Positions 1 to 13,357 of a stretch of DNA of 64,000 bases are shown here, piece by piece. The stretch is taken from the NCBI GenBank assembly GCA_965153285.1, contig OZ229118.1. One strand, written 5' to 3'. Numbering within the stretch: the stretch's first letter is position 1; every line of letters begins with the position of its first letter. Below the pieces are notes generated by a model that did no database searches, was not told the DNA's origin, and saw nothing but the letters and a program-made list of their open reading frames with translations. The position numbers and the translations under genes were made by a program. The stretch is from Podarcis tiliguerta (lineage: Eukaryota).

Positions 1-369
1 GTAGATGGAAATGGCTGCAAAATACTTGGCTTCTCCATTAATGCTACTTCCCATACTATTAGCAGAAAATGCTTACTTCTTTGTGAAAAACATTAACTAC
101 TCAGCTATAATTGGTAGACAATACAGGGGTTGTATCCCAGAAAGTCATCCTGTTAGTGCAAGGACTTTCCCCCCATGTCGACTCCCCATGTGTGTTCCCC
201 AAAAGTTTTACTGAGGGTTCCCCCAATTCACATGTTGGTGGGTGGGTTGCACAGGCTGAAGTCTTGTACTAATGAGATTAGTTCATTGGATACAGGCCTA
301 AGTGAATATGATTTTCAGGTGCTAGAGGAGGTGTAAATTTTGATACTTCATGTGTAAAAACACCATCTA

Positions 370-534
<165 letters not shown>

Positions 535-1620
535 TCACTTTGGCAGAGTGTGTTTCAACAATATTTTATAACACTAAAAATATAAGCAGATGCAATAAAT
601 ATGCAATTATTCTGTCAGAAATGGCCATGAAAGACATCAACAGTGTCCAGAAATCATACATTTATATCCAAAGAAGTTCAAATAACAATTTATACAATAA
701 CTAAGGGTGCAACCAAAACCCTCACCACTTGCCAACCGTGGAAGGGGAGGCAAGAATAATTTAACCTGATCTCTACACCAGCTCCGCACTAGAAGAGTGA
801 TTGGCAGCTCAGCCCATTTCACCACCTGAAACGAAACGGGAATGTGCTGCTTCTTGTCCACCCCACCACTTCAACCATTGATGGAACAGGCCCTTCTCAC
901 TGAAACTCAGAGATAGGGGGCATTCTGGCTGAGGAGGCGGCAGTGGGGTGGGAGGGGTCTCGCTTCTTGAACTTCCATCACCTGAGGCAACTGCTTCACC
1001 CTGCCTAATGGGTGAGTCAACTCTGATGCCATCACACACTGGCAGTAAGCCTAGCTTGGGATCAAGCCCCCTTTTCAATGTCCCTTGCAGGCAGGGGTAT
1101 TGCCAGAGGGGTACTGTCAGAGGGCCTCCAACACGTAAGGGGGACGTTGGCACTCTGTTGGTGGCAGCTGGCAAGAGGCAGTTCAGTTCGGTGTGAGGGG
1201 GTTCAGATTGCTCTGCTACTCATAAACAAACAAATAAAATCAATGAAAGATTTAGAACCTCTTGCTTAACATTCTCATCTGGTTTATGCAGATTTCAATA
1301 CCCGTCACCCAAAGGATGCCAGTTTTCCAAGGATTCTTTTGCAATCTCTTTTGCAATGTCTGTTTGTATGGTATCACGCCTTTGCCAGGTTTCCCATAGT
1401 AATCCTTCTTTTGAAGCTTTCAGTCGCTGGCAATCAATATTTGTGCAAGAAACAAGAGGCTGACGATCTTCCTTGTATAACAAATTTCATCTTTGTTTTG
1501 TTTTAAGTTGATACAAGAGGCAATGCGTTAAAACGGGAGGAAGTTTGGTGGGAACAAATGCTCAAGGTAACTGTGGGCTGCCTTTTTGTAGATTTGGACA
1601 GGCCTTTGGCAGTTACTTAC

Positions 1621-1684
1621 CCGTTGCTGAACAGGCCACGGCTTTGTTATTGCTGACAAATCACACGCAGTCATCAGCATTGCC
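1621..1684 (-). CDS. PDE5A: PDE5A exon 18 (64 nt)
   Basis: cag|[21 protein letters not shown]|gtaag. Confidence 0.96.
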
Positions 1685-2093
1685 CTGTAGAAACCATGAA
1701 GCCAAGATTTTGTGCATTATAAAAAGCAATTGCATCTTGGCAGCAGAATAAAAATGGGTATGGTATGCAAAATCATGTAAAATAAACGCTAAAACAAAGC
1801 TCAATCTGTTTTTCATAAATGGCAAAGGAACCATAACATTGTTGCAAGTAATTAAAATCAGCTAGTAACAAATAGGACTTGGAATTACTATTATTATTAA
1901 AAATGTAATATGGAGTGTTCCTGTTCAGTGTTCCAGCCAGCCAGCCAGACAGCCAGCCAGCCTTTTATCAGGTACTCCATTCCATTCCTCCTCCTTGCCA
2001 ACAGACACTTAGCATTCTGTGGCCACTGAACTTGCCCAGTCACCATTGCCCTGTGCTGGTTTGGTGGGGGGTTAGATTTTTCTACTTCTGCAA

Positions 2094-2263
2094 ACCTTGA
2101 GGTTCCCACAAACATGGTGATGTCTCCCTCTTGGGGTTTTAAAGATTTTTTTTAAAATATACCATTCATAATTCAACACCTTGAGGTTCCCACAAACATG
2201 GTGATGTCTCCCTCTTGGGGTTTTAAAGATTTTTTTTAAATATACCATTCATAATTCAACACC
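2094..2263. repeat. 84-bp tandem duplication (2 copies)
   Basis: accttgaggttcccacaaac...aattcaac repeated at offset 84; one 1-bp difference. Confidence 0.93.
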
Positions 2264-2487
2264 TGAGGTCACTTATTAATATATATGATTAGATACTAAC
2301 ACCCTCTGATGTAATTCTAAACTAGGATTGCCAACCCAAAATCCAATCTTTGTTTTGGCTTTATCACTAGAACAGGATATTCCAATCACTTTCCAGTTCC
2401 CAAATAACCCCAGTGCTGCTGACGATGGGCTGTTTTAAATCCCTGTCTCACTGAGAATGCAAAGGCCTTAAGGAGTTTTATGGAGTA

Positions 2488-2729
2488 CAGTGGTACCTCG
2501 GGTTAAGAACTTAATTCATTCTGGACGTCCGTTCTTAACCTGAAACTGTTCTTAACCTGAGGTACCACTTTAGCTAATGGGGCCTCCCGCTGCTGCCATG
2601 CCACTGCCGTGTGATTTCTGTTCTCATCCTGAAGCAAAGTTCTTAACCTGAGGTACTATTTCTGGCTTAGCAGAGTCTGTAACCTGAAGCGTCTGCAACC
2701 TGAAGCATCTGTAACCTGAGATACCACTG
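2488..2729. mobile_element. Tc1/mariner (Tigger/pogo-like) MITE, ~240 bp
   Basis: TA|CAGTGGTACCTC...ATACCACTG|TA; subterminal aacctgaagc repeats. Confidence 0.88.
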
Positions 2730-3365
2730 TATCAATGTTTTGAAACTAAATCTATGCATTTCACACAACCTCTGCATGTGGCCAGGTGCAGACTGGACAA
2801 ATTTTTATTCAGCTTGGCCACAAATGGCGCTGCTCTTCAATTCACTTGCGTATTAACAAGCAGCAAAACAAGCTGAAAAGTTTACAGAACTCACTGTACA
2901 CTGATCAGGTGAGCTGAGCAAGTGGCAAAGATGTCACATAATTTGGGCACATGCAGAATTGTTCCCTCCTTTTCCATGCAGTCCTATCAAGGCAGGGCTA
3001 CATGGCACTGGTGATGACTCCATTATTGCAGGCAGAGCTACTACAACTTTAGCCTGACCTTTCTCATGCAGAATAAATAACCTTAGGAATACTGACTTTT
3101 AACAGTTCAGTGCTTCAGGACAATGCCTGTACTGCAAAGGAACAATATGGTATTCTGTCAAGGCTGTTTTACCCTGTTTGGAAATTGCATGGAAGGTTTA
3201 CATAACCATTAGAAACCAGTTGCTCACCACCATTCATCAAGAAAGTTCTTTCTGTTCTCTTGTACCCCAACCCAAGCATTCAATGAAACTAAAGTTCTGT
3301 GATAGCTGGCCTAGGCTAACACAACAAAATCACACAGAAGCTGGATACTATATTTGCTCACTTAC

Positions 3366-3443
3366 AAAAATAGCTCCTTTTGATAAGGGTCTTCCAGGTT
3401 AAACTGTTTCTTTCTCAGAAGGTCAAAAAACTCTCCTCTTCTC
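3366..3443 (-). CDS. PDE5A: PDE5A exon 17 (78 nt)
   Basis: cag|[25 protein letters not shown](L)|gtaag. Confidence 0.95.
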
Positions 3444-3620
3444 CTGAAAGCATTATAAGATAACTATTGTTTATAAATGAGCTTAAAAGAAAGACATTCT
3501 ATGCTTTTACATTAAAAACGATAATCTAAAGGAAAGAAAGAGAGAAAGAAAATGTTCCACAGGTGAACTGTGACTTTTCCAAGAACAGCAGCTGCTTGCA
3601 ATAACGCTAGAGCAACTTAC

Positions 3621-3721
3621 TTAATGTACAGTGCAAGATCTGTGGCCAGAATAGCTTGTTTGATCATTTTCACGGTAGCCTTGTATTCCTCAACAGAAAG
3701 GCCGCTGAGAATCTGGTTGCC
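3621..3721 (-). CDS. PDE5A: PDE5A exon 16 (101 nt)
   Basis: gaag|[33 protein letters not shown](K)|gtaag. Confidence 0.95.
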
Positions 3722-4437
3722 CTTCACACACACAAAAAGAAACAACAACAAACCAATGCTTGTGATTACACACAGAACATTTGACTAATTTGTCAGTCTC
3801 CACAATTTTGTTGTCCAGTTTTTAAGAACTGGCAAACCTCCCCAACCCCCCAACCCCCAAGTTGCTCTACTCTGAAACACATAGAGCTGCATTAAAAAGT
3901 CTTGCACCAATGAGAACTGGGCCCTGTTCTCTTTTGTTCTGTAGATTTGACACACTGCTATATTTTCTTGAGAGCAAGGTAACACATGGAAAGGCAACCC
4001 CCATCCAAAACTCCACCTCACCAGGGTTTTAATTAATTAATTGCTTTTCTAAGATTTATATCCCACTTTTCTTCCCATCATGGAACCCAAAGTAGCATAT
4101 GTGTGGCTTCCAGAAGATGTCCCATACAGGCAGCTGACCAGAGCCAGACCTCCTCAGCTGAAGTGTCTGAAGGCCTCATGTGCCTTCAAACCTACCCTGG
4201 GAAAGTGACATGGAAGGAGATCCCCATTAGACTCTAAGAAGGAAATATGGTTCTTCATTGAGAAATCTATCTATTTTCTTGGCTTTGCAAAAAAACCTTG
4301 TTTCTTATCTACAAGAAACAACACACACCTAAAATGAAAAAGAACAGGCAATATGATCCCTTGGCAGCCTGCAAAATGTTGCTAGATACTAGTTGACATT
4401 CAGTGGCCTATTGGGCAGGGTAGCAGAAGGAGTAGCT

Positions 4438-4439
4438 GT

Positions 4440-4483
<44 letters not shown>
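4438..4483. repeat. (AAC)n microsatellite
   Basis: About 14 units. Confidence 0.95.
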
Positions 4484-5112
4484 ATATGAAATAAATGAAC
4501 AGTGTGTAATGCAGACCACGGGATGAGGCAGTTGGCAGTGCTCTTTTGTTTCAGATTTAGGATATACACACCTAAGAAAATATACACAAAACATCTTGAA
4601 GAGCAGGATTTACACTACCAGTTAAAAGATGTTTGCTTATTTGTTCAGGTGATGCACAGGCTAAGTTTAAACTTCAAGAGTTTTTTGGGTTTTGCAATAC
4701 TTTTTGAAGACCATTGGAGGAAGTAACATCCCGTGTGTATGTACCACTGGAGGAAGCAATATCTGATGGGCATCCCTCTTGGAATTACTCTGTGCACCTT
4801 CCAACAGAACTTGATGCTATAACAGCAGTGCTCGCTCCGCAGAAATATTAACTAGATTAATGAGCATGAAATACCCCTTTTGCTTTGATGCCAAGGCAAT
4901 AGGTACTGAAACTGACATGACCAATGGCGCTTATATAAGCTTATCGAGAAAAGTTTGGTGGCTCTTGGAAGGGCTGCCTTTTCGTTCTTGTCCCAAAAAG
5001 GAATAAAAAATACTCAAGAATGCATAATGCTTTGAAGCCACCCAAAACTAAAAATAAAAGTGAATTGGGCAAGGTTTCCCTCCAGCGCACACATGACAAG
5101 AAAATCATTTAC

Positions 5113-5200
5113 CGGGGTATTCAGGATCATCAGGCACTGATCAAAATGGTGATGCTCCATGATTGAGTGGCAATACAGCTGGGCAAGGGGGTGTTCACTT
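5113..5200 (-). CDS. PDE5A: PDE5A exon 15 (88 nt)
   Basis: cag|[29 protein letters not shown]|gtaaa. Confidence 0.97.
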
Positions 5201-6332
5201 CTGAAAAGGGAGAACAGAGGGCACACATCATATTTAACTGGCACATGCGACAGTGACTGGGCAAAGATTTTTTATGAAGGTGGAATAGGGTTTTGGAAAG
5301 GTCAATGGGAGAGATATATTTATTCCCCACCCCATGACTGGTTTGCAGTGGTCAAACAGGTTTGCAGGTTTTTGAAAGAATACAAAAACCTACTCATTCA
5401 TGAGGTCCACAAATTTTGTCTGTCCTCAGAAATTTGAGACTGCCAGGACCCTGCTGCCTCTGCTGGGAGCCTTGTGTCCAATAGGCAACATGCAGAATTC
5501 ACTGCCACAAAATGTGGTGGTGGCAGCCACTGGAATGTAATTCCCACAGAGGACATACCTACCAAAATTGGATTAGCTACGATAACACATAGAGGTTCCC
5601 TTGTTATCTAAGAGGCTGTTCCCTTACATGCTATGGCTGACACATGTCTATGTGTCAACCACACCCTTATTGGGAGCTTCTTAGGGGCATCTGCTTGTCC
5701 CTTCCTGTAAAAAGAATGTTGGGTTCAATAGACCTGATGCAATAAGCACAATTCTTCGTATGTTTCCTAGATATACTTTCTGGGGGAAGAGGGTAAGGGA
5801 AGCTTTATGGCTGCAATCCAGCAGGGGCATCTGGGGAGAAGCAGGTACGGCAGTCTTCACTGATTCTCCCTTCCCAGTACCTTTGTTCAGGTGTGCATGC
5901 TTAGAATGAGCACGCTTAGAACCTCCCTTCAGACCATCTTATTCAATGCAGCAAGGCCTGAACATAGGAAGCCACCTATCAGACCATTGGTCCATCTAGC
6001 TCAGCCTTGGCATACCTGTGGTTTCAGGTTTCAGTGGTTTCAGGTAGTGGTCTTTCCTATCCCTTCCTGGAGACGCTGGGGATTGAACCTGGAACCCTGT
6101 CCATGCAGATCAGGTACTCTGCCACTGAGTCACAGCCATCTCCCTTGAGTGGAGCAGCTATGTGCAGGTATACTGAGAGGGGGTACTGAATTGTGCTCTT
6201 GCTTCCCATTTCTTGCCTACATGCATTCAAGTGAACATGTGGACTGGGTTTCCACAGCCCTTAAAAATCTTCTCCAGAGGATTGGAGTGGGGGGGGGGGG
6301 GACTGTGTGGGAAGTGGCACTGGAGCCTGTAG

Positions 6333-6696
6333 GGTAAAGGTAAGGTAAAGGTAAAGGGACCCCTGACCATTAGGTCCAGTCGTGGCCAACTCTGGGGTTG
6401 CGGCACTCATCTCGCTTATTGGCCAAGGGAGGGGGTGTACAGCTTCCAGGTCATGTGGCCAGCATGACTAAGCCACTTCTGGCGAACCAGAGCAGTGCAT
6501 GGAAACGCCGTTTACCTTCCCGCTGAAGCGGTACCTATTTATCTACTTGCACTTTGATGTGCTTTCGAACTGATAGGTTGGCAGGAGCTGGGACCGAGCA
6601 ACGGGAGCTCACCCCGTCATGGGGATTCGAACCACCGACCTTATGATCGGCAAGTCCTACGCTCTGTGGTTTAACCCACAGCGCCACCCGTGTCCC
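6333..6696 (-). mobile_element. Sauria SINE
   Basis: Reverse-strand tRNA-like head and (ACCTTT)n tail; homologous to the other three copies. Confidence 0.88.
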
Positions 6697-8111
6697 CAAG
6701 AGTAAAGGTAGCATTAGCAAAAATCATTCTCCCCACCCGCCAGCATGAATCTCCACTGCATTAGAGTCTGGACCTTTGGGAAGGTTTGTAGTTTAGTGGT
6801 AAAGCCTCTGTTTTGCATGCAGAGGTTCCAGCTTCAGTCCCCCTGCATATCGAGGTAGGGCTGGAAAAGACACCCTATTTGAAACCCTGGACAGCTTCCG
6901 CCAATCACAATACTGAGTGAGATGGACCAATGATTGGGCTTGGTATAAGGCAGTTTCCCATGCTCCTATGTCTGCAAACAGATCGGGGGGGGGGGGGTGC
7001 ATTTCATATAACTTTTGCTTAACACGATTTACAACTTTCTGGTTATTTTATTATAAGAAAAGCACAACCCACTTCCAAGAAAATAATCTCAAGTCAAGTG
7101 TCCCGAGTCTCCCTGCTTCCAACTACACACAAAGAAAAACATTAATCCCCATTTTAATCTATCCTTCACTAGCCTGAGGGATTAAAAAAAATCCCTAGAA
7201 CCATTTTTAGTCTGAAAAGGGAATGTTATGGAAACGTAATGCTCTCTTGTTTTGTGGTGTTCACGAACATCAGGCTTCATTGTCAGCAACATTTTCCCAG
7301 GATGTTTTTTGGAATGGGGATGATGCATCTCCAGAGGTCTCCCCCCACCCCCAGGAAAGAATTCATTCTTAAACAAATAAAGTAAAAAATAGCCAACTGG
7401 TTCAAGCCACTGCAAATCTGTAGGTTGCTGGATGTTTGCGAAAAAAGAATAGAAATGGGAAAGAGAGAACAGAACGAAGAGCTGAATTTCACCTACATTC
7501 TAGGAACTAATTGAATGGAAGTTTTTGAAAGAATTCAATGTTTCTCTCTTCTGACTGTTCCATCCGTGCAAGCATGTCTGCTTGCCAGACAAACCAGTCC
7601 CCCCTCCCCTATCCTGCACACTGTTTTGAGGATTCTCCTGACCTACCAGAGTGGATTTGGGGGAAGTGTGTGTCAGGAAGAGTGAAGACACCACCACTGC
7701 ACTAGCAGGAGTCTTTGCAACTGGCTTCCGCTAGCGGGCCTAGTTAAATATGGGACATAATTCCTACCACCATACAACATCTTTTGAGAGAAAGTTCCAA
7801 ATGCAGCAGTTATGTACATAAACTACGGGGAAACCACTGCGCTGCCTTGTTAACTACATTCCAGCTGGAAAAACACTGGAACCTAGAAGTAGTGACCAAC
7901 TTTTCATTGTTCCTCCTCCTTGCTTTTCCTTTGGTGTCATGTCTTTAGGACTGTAAGATTGAATGTGAGGGCAAGGACTGTACTATCAATGTCATTTGTA
8001 AGCTGCTCTGGGAAACTTTTTTTTTTTGCTAAAGAACATGATAAAAAATGCTTCAAATAAACAATCCCTTAAAAACCCAATCTCCTCTCTTTTAAATCCC
8101 CCATTACTCAC

Positions 8112-8206
8112 CTCTGTATGTAAGAGTTGTTCACACCTCTATGGTCCAGGTCATGGCTCAGTGCCGCGATCAGCAGAGAAAGCACCTCAACGTCTGTAAG
8201 CTTGCT
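8112..8206 (-). CDS. PDE5A: PDE5A exon 14 (95 nt), HDLDH metal-binding motif
   Basis: tag|[31 protein letters not shown](R)|gtgag. Confidence 0.97.
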
Positions 8207-8340
8207 CTAAATGCAACATGAAATGTAGGAGAATATATTTCTATGTTTGCTAAAAAAAACCTGGATTATGCATTATATGTGTATCCTGATTTCCTTCACC
8301 TTCTGGAAACTCTCCAATAATAACATAACAACACAATACA

Positions 8341-8343
<3 letters not shown>

Positions 8344-8373
<30 letters not shown>
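8344..8373. repeat. (AC)n microsatellite
   Basis: About 15 units. Confidence 0.95.
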
Positions 8374-8374
<1 letters not shown>

Positions 8375-8462
8375 ATTTCCTTTACATGAGAAGAGCCCTG
8401 CTGGAAGCAAAACCTGAATGTGGATTATTTGAATGCATATGGGGCCCAAGACTGACACACTA

Positions 8463-8732
<270 letters not shown>

Positions 8733-9893
8733 TCATTTATCAGCACTCCAGCACATTTCCCATCTGGCTTCCTTACAAGCTTGAGAGAACTGAATTGGAA
8801 ACAGATATATTTTAACCCAAAAGAACAAGCGAAGCGGGGTGGGGGTGGGGTGGGGATTATACAATTTTTGTTGTCTTGGGAACATATTTCATCACTTGAA
8901 CTCCAGGGCTCTCTGAAGGGAGTTGCAAAGTAAAATCAAAAGTCTTTTAAGACATACATTGTTACCCAAGGATGAAAATGGTGGTGAGGACAGGCAAGAC
9001 TGGGCTAGCCAGGTGCTGAAAGTCTCTGAGTCCTTACATGGTTCTAATTACCATGAAAACCATTCTTAAGCAGCAGAAGTGCAGCAAACAGCAATCTATT
9101 TTCAACCCTTATGGAAGACATTTTACATGGTTGATAACTTGAAGATTCTATTGAAGACACTCTATTGCAGCTTGCTGAAGGCCTCTCAAGATACATGGTT
9201 AGGTTCCATCTGTTTTTAAATTTGTTTTAAGAGTTTAATTGTGCTTAGAGGCTTTCAATAGTTTTTATATATGTTTTCATTTCATTTTTAATTGTATTCA
9301 TCATCACAGATGTGTTTGCTGCCCTGGGCTCCTTTGGGAGGAAGGGGAAGCTATTACAGAACCAAACAAATAATAAACACTTTGTTCAAGACTAAATGCA
9401 GTTAAAATTCCTAGAGTTTTGGAACAGGTTGTAAAACCATGTTTCGCAGGTATAACCTGTACTGCTCAGTCTCTGCATTTATCTGTGTAATCTTCGGAAA
9501 GATAAACATATTTCGCATTTGGTCATAGTGTCATCACCCATCAACAGAAAGGAATTCGTCAACAGAAAGGAATAGGAATTCATCAACAGAAAGGAATCTG
9601 CAGCACACAGGTACAAGCAGTTGTATGCAGCTATTCTGGTGAACTTAAGGTATGATTAAGAGCAACTACTCAACTGCTGTCACCAAAAGTGGGGATGTAA
9701 GAGCAATCTACCGAAAATTGGACCAATGCCGCCTTAGTCATGATGATATTTGGTTTTCCAACAGATGCTTTAAAACTTATTATTCAATTTATATACCCAA
9801 TCTTTTGTGTGCATGTTTACATTGAAGAATGTTATGATGTAGAAAATGTGTGATCCATAAATGGCCATGCTCCATGGACCACAAGGTTCTCAC

Positions 9894-10040
9894 CTCGTGT
9901 TTCATTTGGAAATTCTGCACAAGGTTAAGATCAGTGAACATCCGAATTGTACACAGGGAGGTTTCCATATCTGACAGCTCAAAGTCACTGAAGTAGAAGT
10001 CGGTGAGCTTGAGAGATTGCGCAGATGGCACAACAGCAGC
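9894..10040 (-). CDS. PDE5A: PDE5A exon 12 (147 nt), catalytic domain start
   Basis: cag|[49 protein letters not shown]|gtgag. Confidence 0.96.
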
Positions 10041-10976
10041 CTGAAATGAAACAGAAGGGGAAAATGGAGAGAACAAAAATTAACATGGAATTAAAGCTTC
10101 TTTCAATACGATAGTAGTAGTAGTAGTAATAATAAATAAATAAATAAAGCACAATATGAGGCTGTAATCCTCCACGTGCAATAAAATGCAGGGTTGTTGT
10201 CCATTGCCCAAGACACTGATGACATCCCAAGCACCAGTTTGCAAAATGTTGCACCCTGTTCCAATTATCTGTAGTTCTATTCCGTACAATAATAAGCCAT
10301 TTCCCTCTGGCGCAACCTTAGTAAGAGAAGAGCAACATGCTCAGAAGTAAAAGTCTCTAGTTAAAGCAGGAACGGGAAATTTGCGTCCTTCCATCTGCCG
10401 CAGCCTGCATGGCCAAAGTGATCATTGGGTGAAAGATGACATAAAACGTGAAAATTAAGAGGTAGGGAACATTGGAGAGATAGAATAAAGTGTTGCTGGA
10501 ACACAGTCTTAGTATATAGCAGGTGCAGGAGGATTTCAGAATATACTTTGGTATTCTGAGAATTAAAAAGCAAGCAGGCTGCCTCTGAGCACATGCTGTG
10601 CCCAGAAATTTGTTTTTAAGACAAAAACAGCTCACAGTTGCTGAGCTTTCAGAGTTGTTTTTCACAGGGGCCGTGGCTAGGTACAATCCCACTAAATGAG
10701 CAGCCTTCCACTTACACAACTCGATATGAGCAAGGCCTGAAAAAGCCTTTGATAACAGAGGGGAAATAATTAGGACTGGCAGCATCTGAGGTGAGCAATC
10801 TTTATATCCTTTATCGCTTCTTAATGCTTATGAACTTATATATAAGTATTCATAAGCTGTGCACACTTCTGGACTGATAAAAGGTGTATAAGAGTAAATT
10901 TTACTGTATCATAATTTGATCATACAGAGCAAAATATGAAGTTCCTACATTCAGTGCAACACTCAACACACGTATA

Positions 10977-11286
10977 ATTCTAACTGCAGGAAAGTATATG
11001 TTTCAGAAGGGGAGGGCACGCTATCCTGTTTGCATGCATGGAAGCCTTGGTAAAAAAGCAAACAAACTGCTGTTCTTTTTATAAACTGGATGACTAATGT
11101 TTGTTACTAAATCTGAGCTTAAGGTATACATCTGAAACACGCTAGTTGAAAATCTACGGTCTGAGTCAAAGTCCTGATGTGCCTAAAAAGCAAATATTTG
11201 TTACCAAATATAACTAAGCACTAGCATGGGAAAACCTTATAGCGTGCCCTCCCCTTCGGAAGCATATACTTTCCTGCAGTTAGAAT
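10977..11286. repeat. 48-bp inverted repeat with 214-bp spacer
   Basis: 10977-11024 versus the reverse complement of 11239-11286, 46/48 matches. Confidence 0.92.
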
Positions 11287-13102
11287 CTGTTTTCAGCCGA
11301 GTAAATGAACTTTGTGAACTTGATAACTACGTGACTTCCAAATACCTCGGCCAGACATCAGTAGGCAGAAACACAGGCTTGTATGTGTGTGTGTGAATAT
11401 ATATATTCTCATACACACACACACACACACAAACAAATACAGTTTGGTTTAGAAAGATACAATTTAAACTGTCAAAAAAACAAACCTGTTTATAGTTCTG
11501 TGGAAGAAATCTTGCATTACTAATGATCAGGGCAGGGCATCATTGAGGTGGGGCTGCTGGACTGGCTCTGTTGGTGTGCATGTGAACCTCACAACCACCT
11601 TGCCCCAGGTAAGCTGAAGCAATGTGGGTGTCTGGAGAACATATCTATGGCTCTGCCCTGCTCCTCGCAATGTACTGTAAAGGCATTTTGCAGGAAAAGA
11701 TCCATAATTTTGTGAGTTTCTTTTTCTAATTGAGGCTATGAAATGGCTTGCTGGTAAAAAAATATATATATATCTGGGTTCTGGCTTATGTTTGTCTCAT
11801 AAAGATCACAATAAGCTAGCCCTGAAACTGTGTCCATTTGTGCGGAATTTAAGATAAAAAATAATAATCCAGACACTGTAATCTCTACACCTAAAAATGC
11901 CCATAAAAGCAGCAAGACTGGTTTTAATGATTGCGCATGAACTGAAGACATTTGGTTATGTAACACTTTGCATCTCTCCCACATGCAGTTGCTATGCAGT
12001 AGACTAAGGCAGAGTTGGAGTCCAAGTTAATGTCAGATTAATAGAATTATTTCTCATGGAATTCAAGGCAGATCCTTTGCCCAGTCGATGGCTCCACCGT
12101 GAACAAAGCAGCAGAGTGGGAAATAAACAGACCAGGCCTGTGTTTCTGGCCCTGCCACTGATTTACAGTGCTCCTTTGGAAATATCACATTTCAGTTGGA
12201 AAATGTTTATCCTACAGAAGTGAACAACAATTTGATAGACCCGTAAGCATGAATTAGATATTCTAACATGAAACTCAAAGGTACGACTATTTTGTACTCC
12301 CAAGAAAATTCTTGCCAAATGTTTCTGCAGCCAGATTTTCATCCACAAACTGGTGCTGATTAATAGAGGGAGTGTGGCCTAAGCAGCAATCTTGCTGTGT
12401 TTGAGGCTCAGGCACTAGTGCAGAAGACTGGGGTAGGAAGTATTAATTCAATTCAGCTCACATTTAAAGGTGAACCTATCTAATCCACACTTTCTGAAAC
12501 GAGAACTGACAACACAGCTACCCTTCAAAAATTATTCAAATTTGGCAATGCCATTCTCCAGCAAAGCAAAGTGTACAAAATTTCTGGGGTAACGTATGCA
12601 GAAAACAATGGATATAACTGGAAATAGCATACAAAAATACATTTCATTAGTAGAAATTGCTTGGGAAATGTGTATAATTGGCAAAACTGTGTACTAAATT
12701 GGCAAAATTTGCACTAAAGGGAAGATCAATTTGATGGCATTAAAAAAATGAATACATCGCAAACCAATGTGGAAATATGGAGGACTGATTTTAAGATTTC
12801 AAAAATGAGAAACCAGGCTAGCCTGAAATTTAAAGATTCAGCCACTCCTAGCTAAACCTAGAAAGGGCAGAAAGATGAGCTGTGTTTTGCGAGCTCCCAA
12901 GCAGAACTGGAGCTTAATCCTAGCTTTCTCTTTTACGATCCCTCTAGAAGATCTGCGTATCTCACACTATAGGCCAAGGTGGTAGAAAATGACACATTTC
13001 TGTCTTCTAATAGCCTTTATGATTCTGAATCCTGAAGTTCTACCAGCCTTTGCAATCCCCAGATCATCACCACATATATAAAAGAAGGGAAAATGACATT
13101 AC

Positions 13103-13162
13103 CGCTGTTACCTGGAGTTCCCTTGTTTCTTCTTCAGCAGCTGAAGCATGATAAGAAAGGAC
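13103..13162 (-). CDS. PDE5A: PDE5A exon 11 (60 nt)
   Basis: aag|VLSYHASAAEEETRELQVTA|gtaatg; an alternative in-frame donor would end the exon at 13112. Confidence 0.9.
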
Positions 13163-13230
13163 CTTTAGGAAAAAGAAATGAAGCAGATATAAAATGCTCT
13201 CTATATAGGTACATATGCACACATACACCT

Positions 13231-13357
13231 GGAGCAGGAACTGGCAAGCCACTCCAGTATCCCTGCCAAGAAAACTCCAAAGGCAGTGGAAGACAGGAGT
13301 GCCTGGTGTGCTCTGGTCCATGGGGTCACGAAGAGTTGGACACGACTAAACAACAAG
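13231..13357 (+). mobile_element. BovB/Bov-A-like 3' tail fragment
   Basis: ggcaagccactccagtatccctgcc...ccatggggtcacgaagagttggacacgactaaacaacaa; shares its tail with the 55628 element. Confidence 0.75.

Noticed and set aside
809-1483. GC-richer ORFs (121, 82 and 62 aa) in intron 18
   Set aside because: No recognisable domain, and PDE5A exons 18 and 19 join in frame without them.
4400-4594. Poly-Leu ORF resembling a signal or transmembrane peptide
   Set aside because: It is the translation of the (AAC)n microsatellite.
9540-9598. Three tcaacagaaaggaat repeats with short spacers (CRISPR-like look)
   Set aside because: A tiny slippage duplication in a vertebrate intron, with no regular spacers or cas genes.
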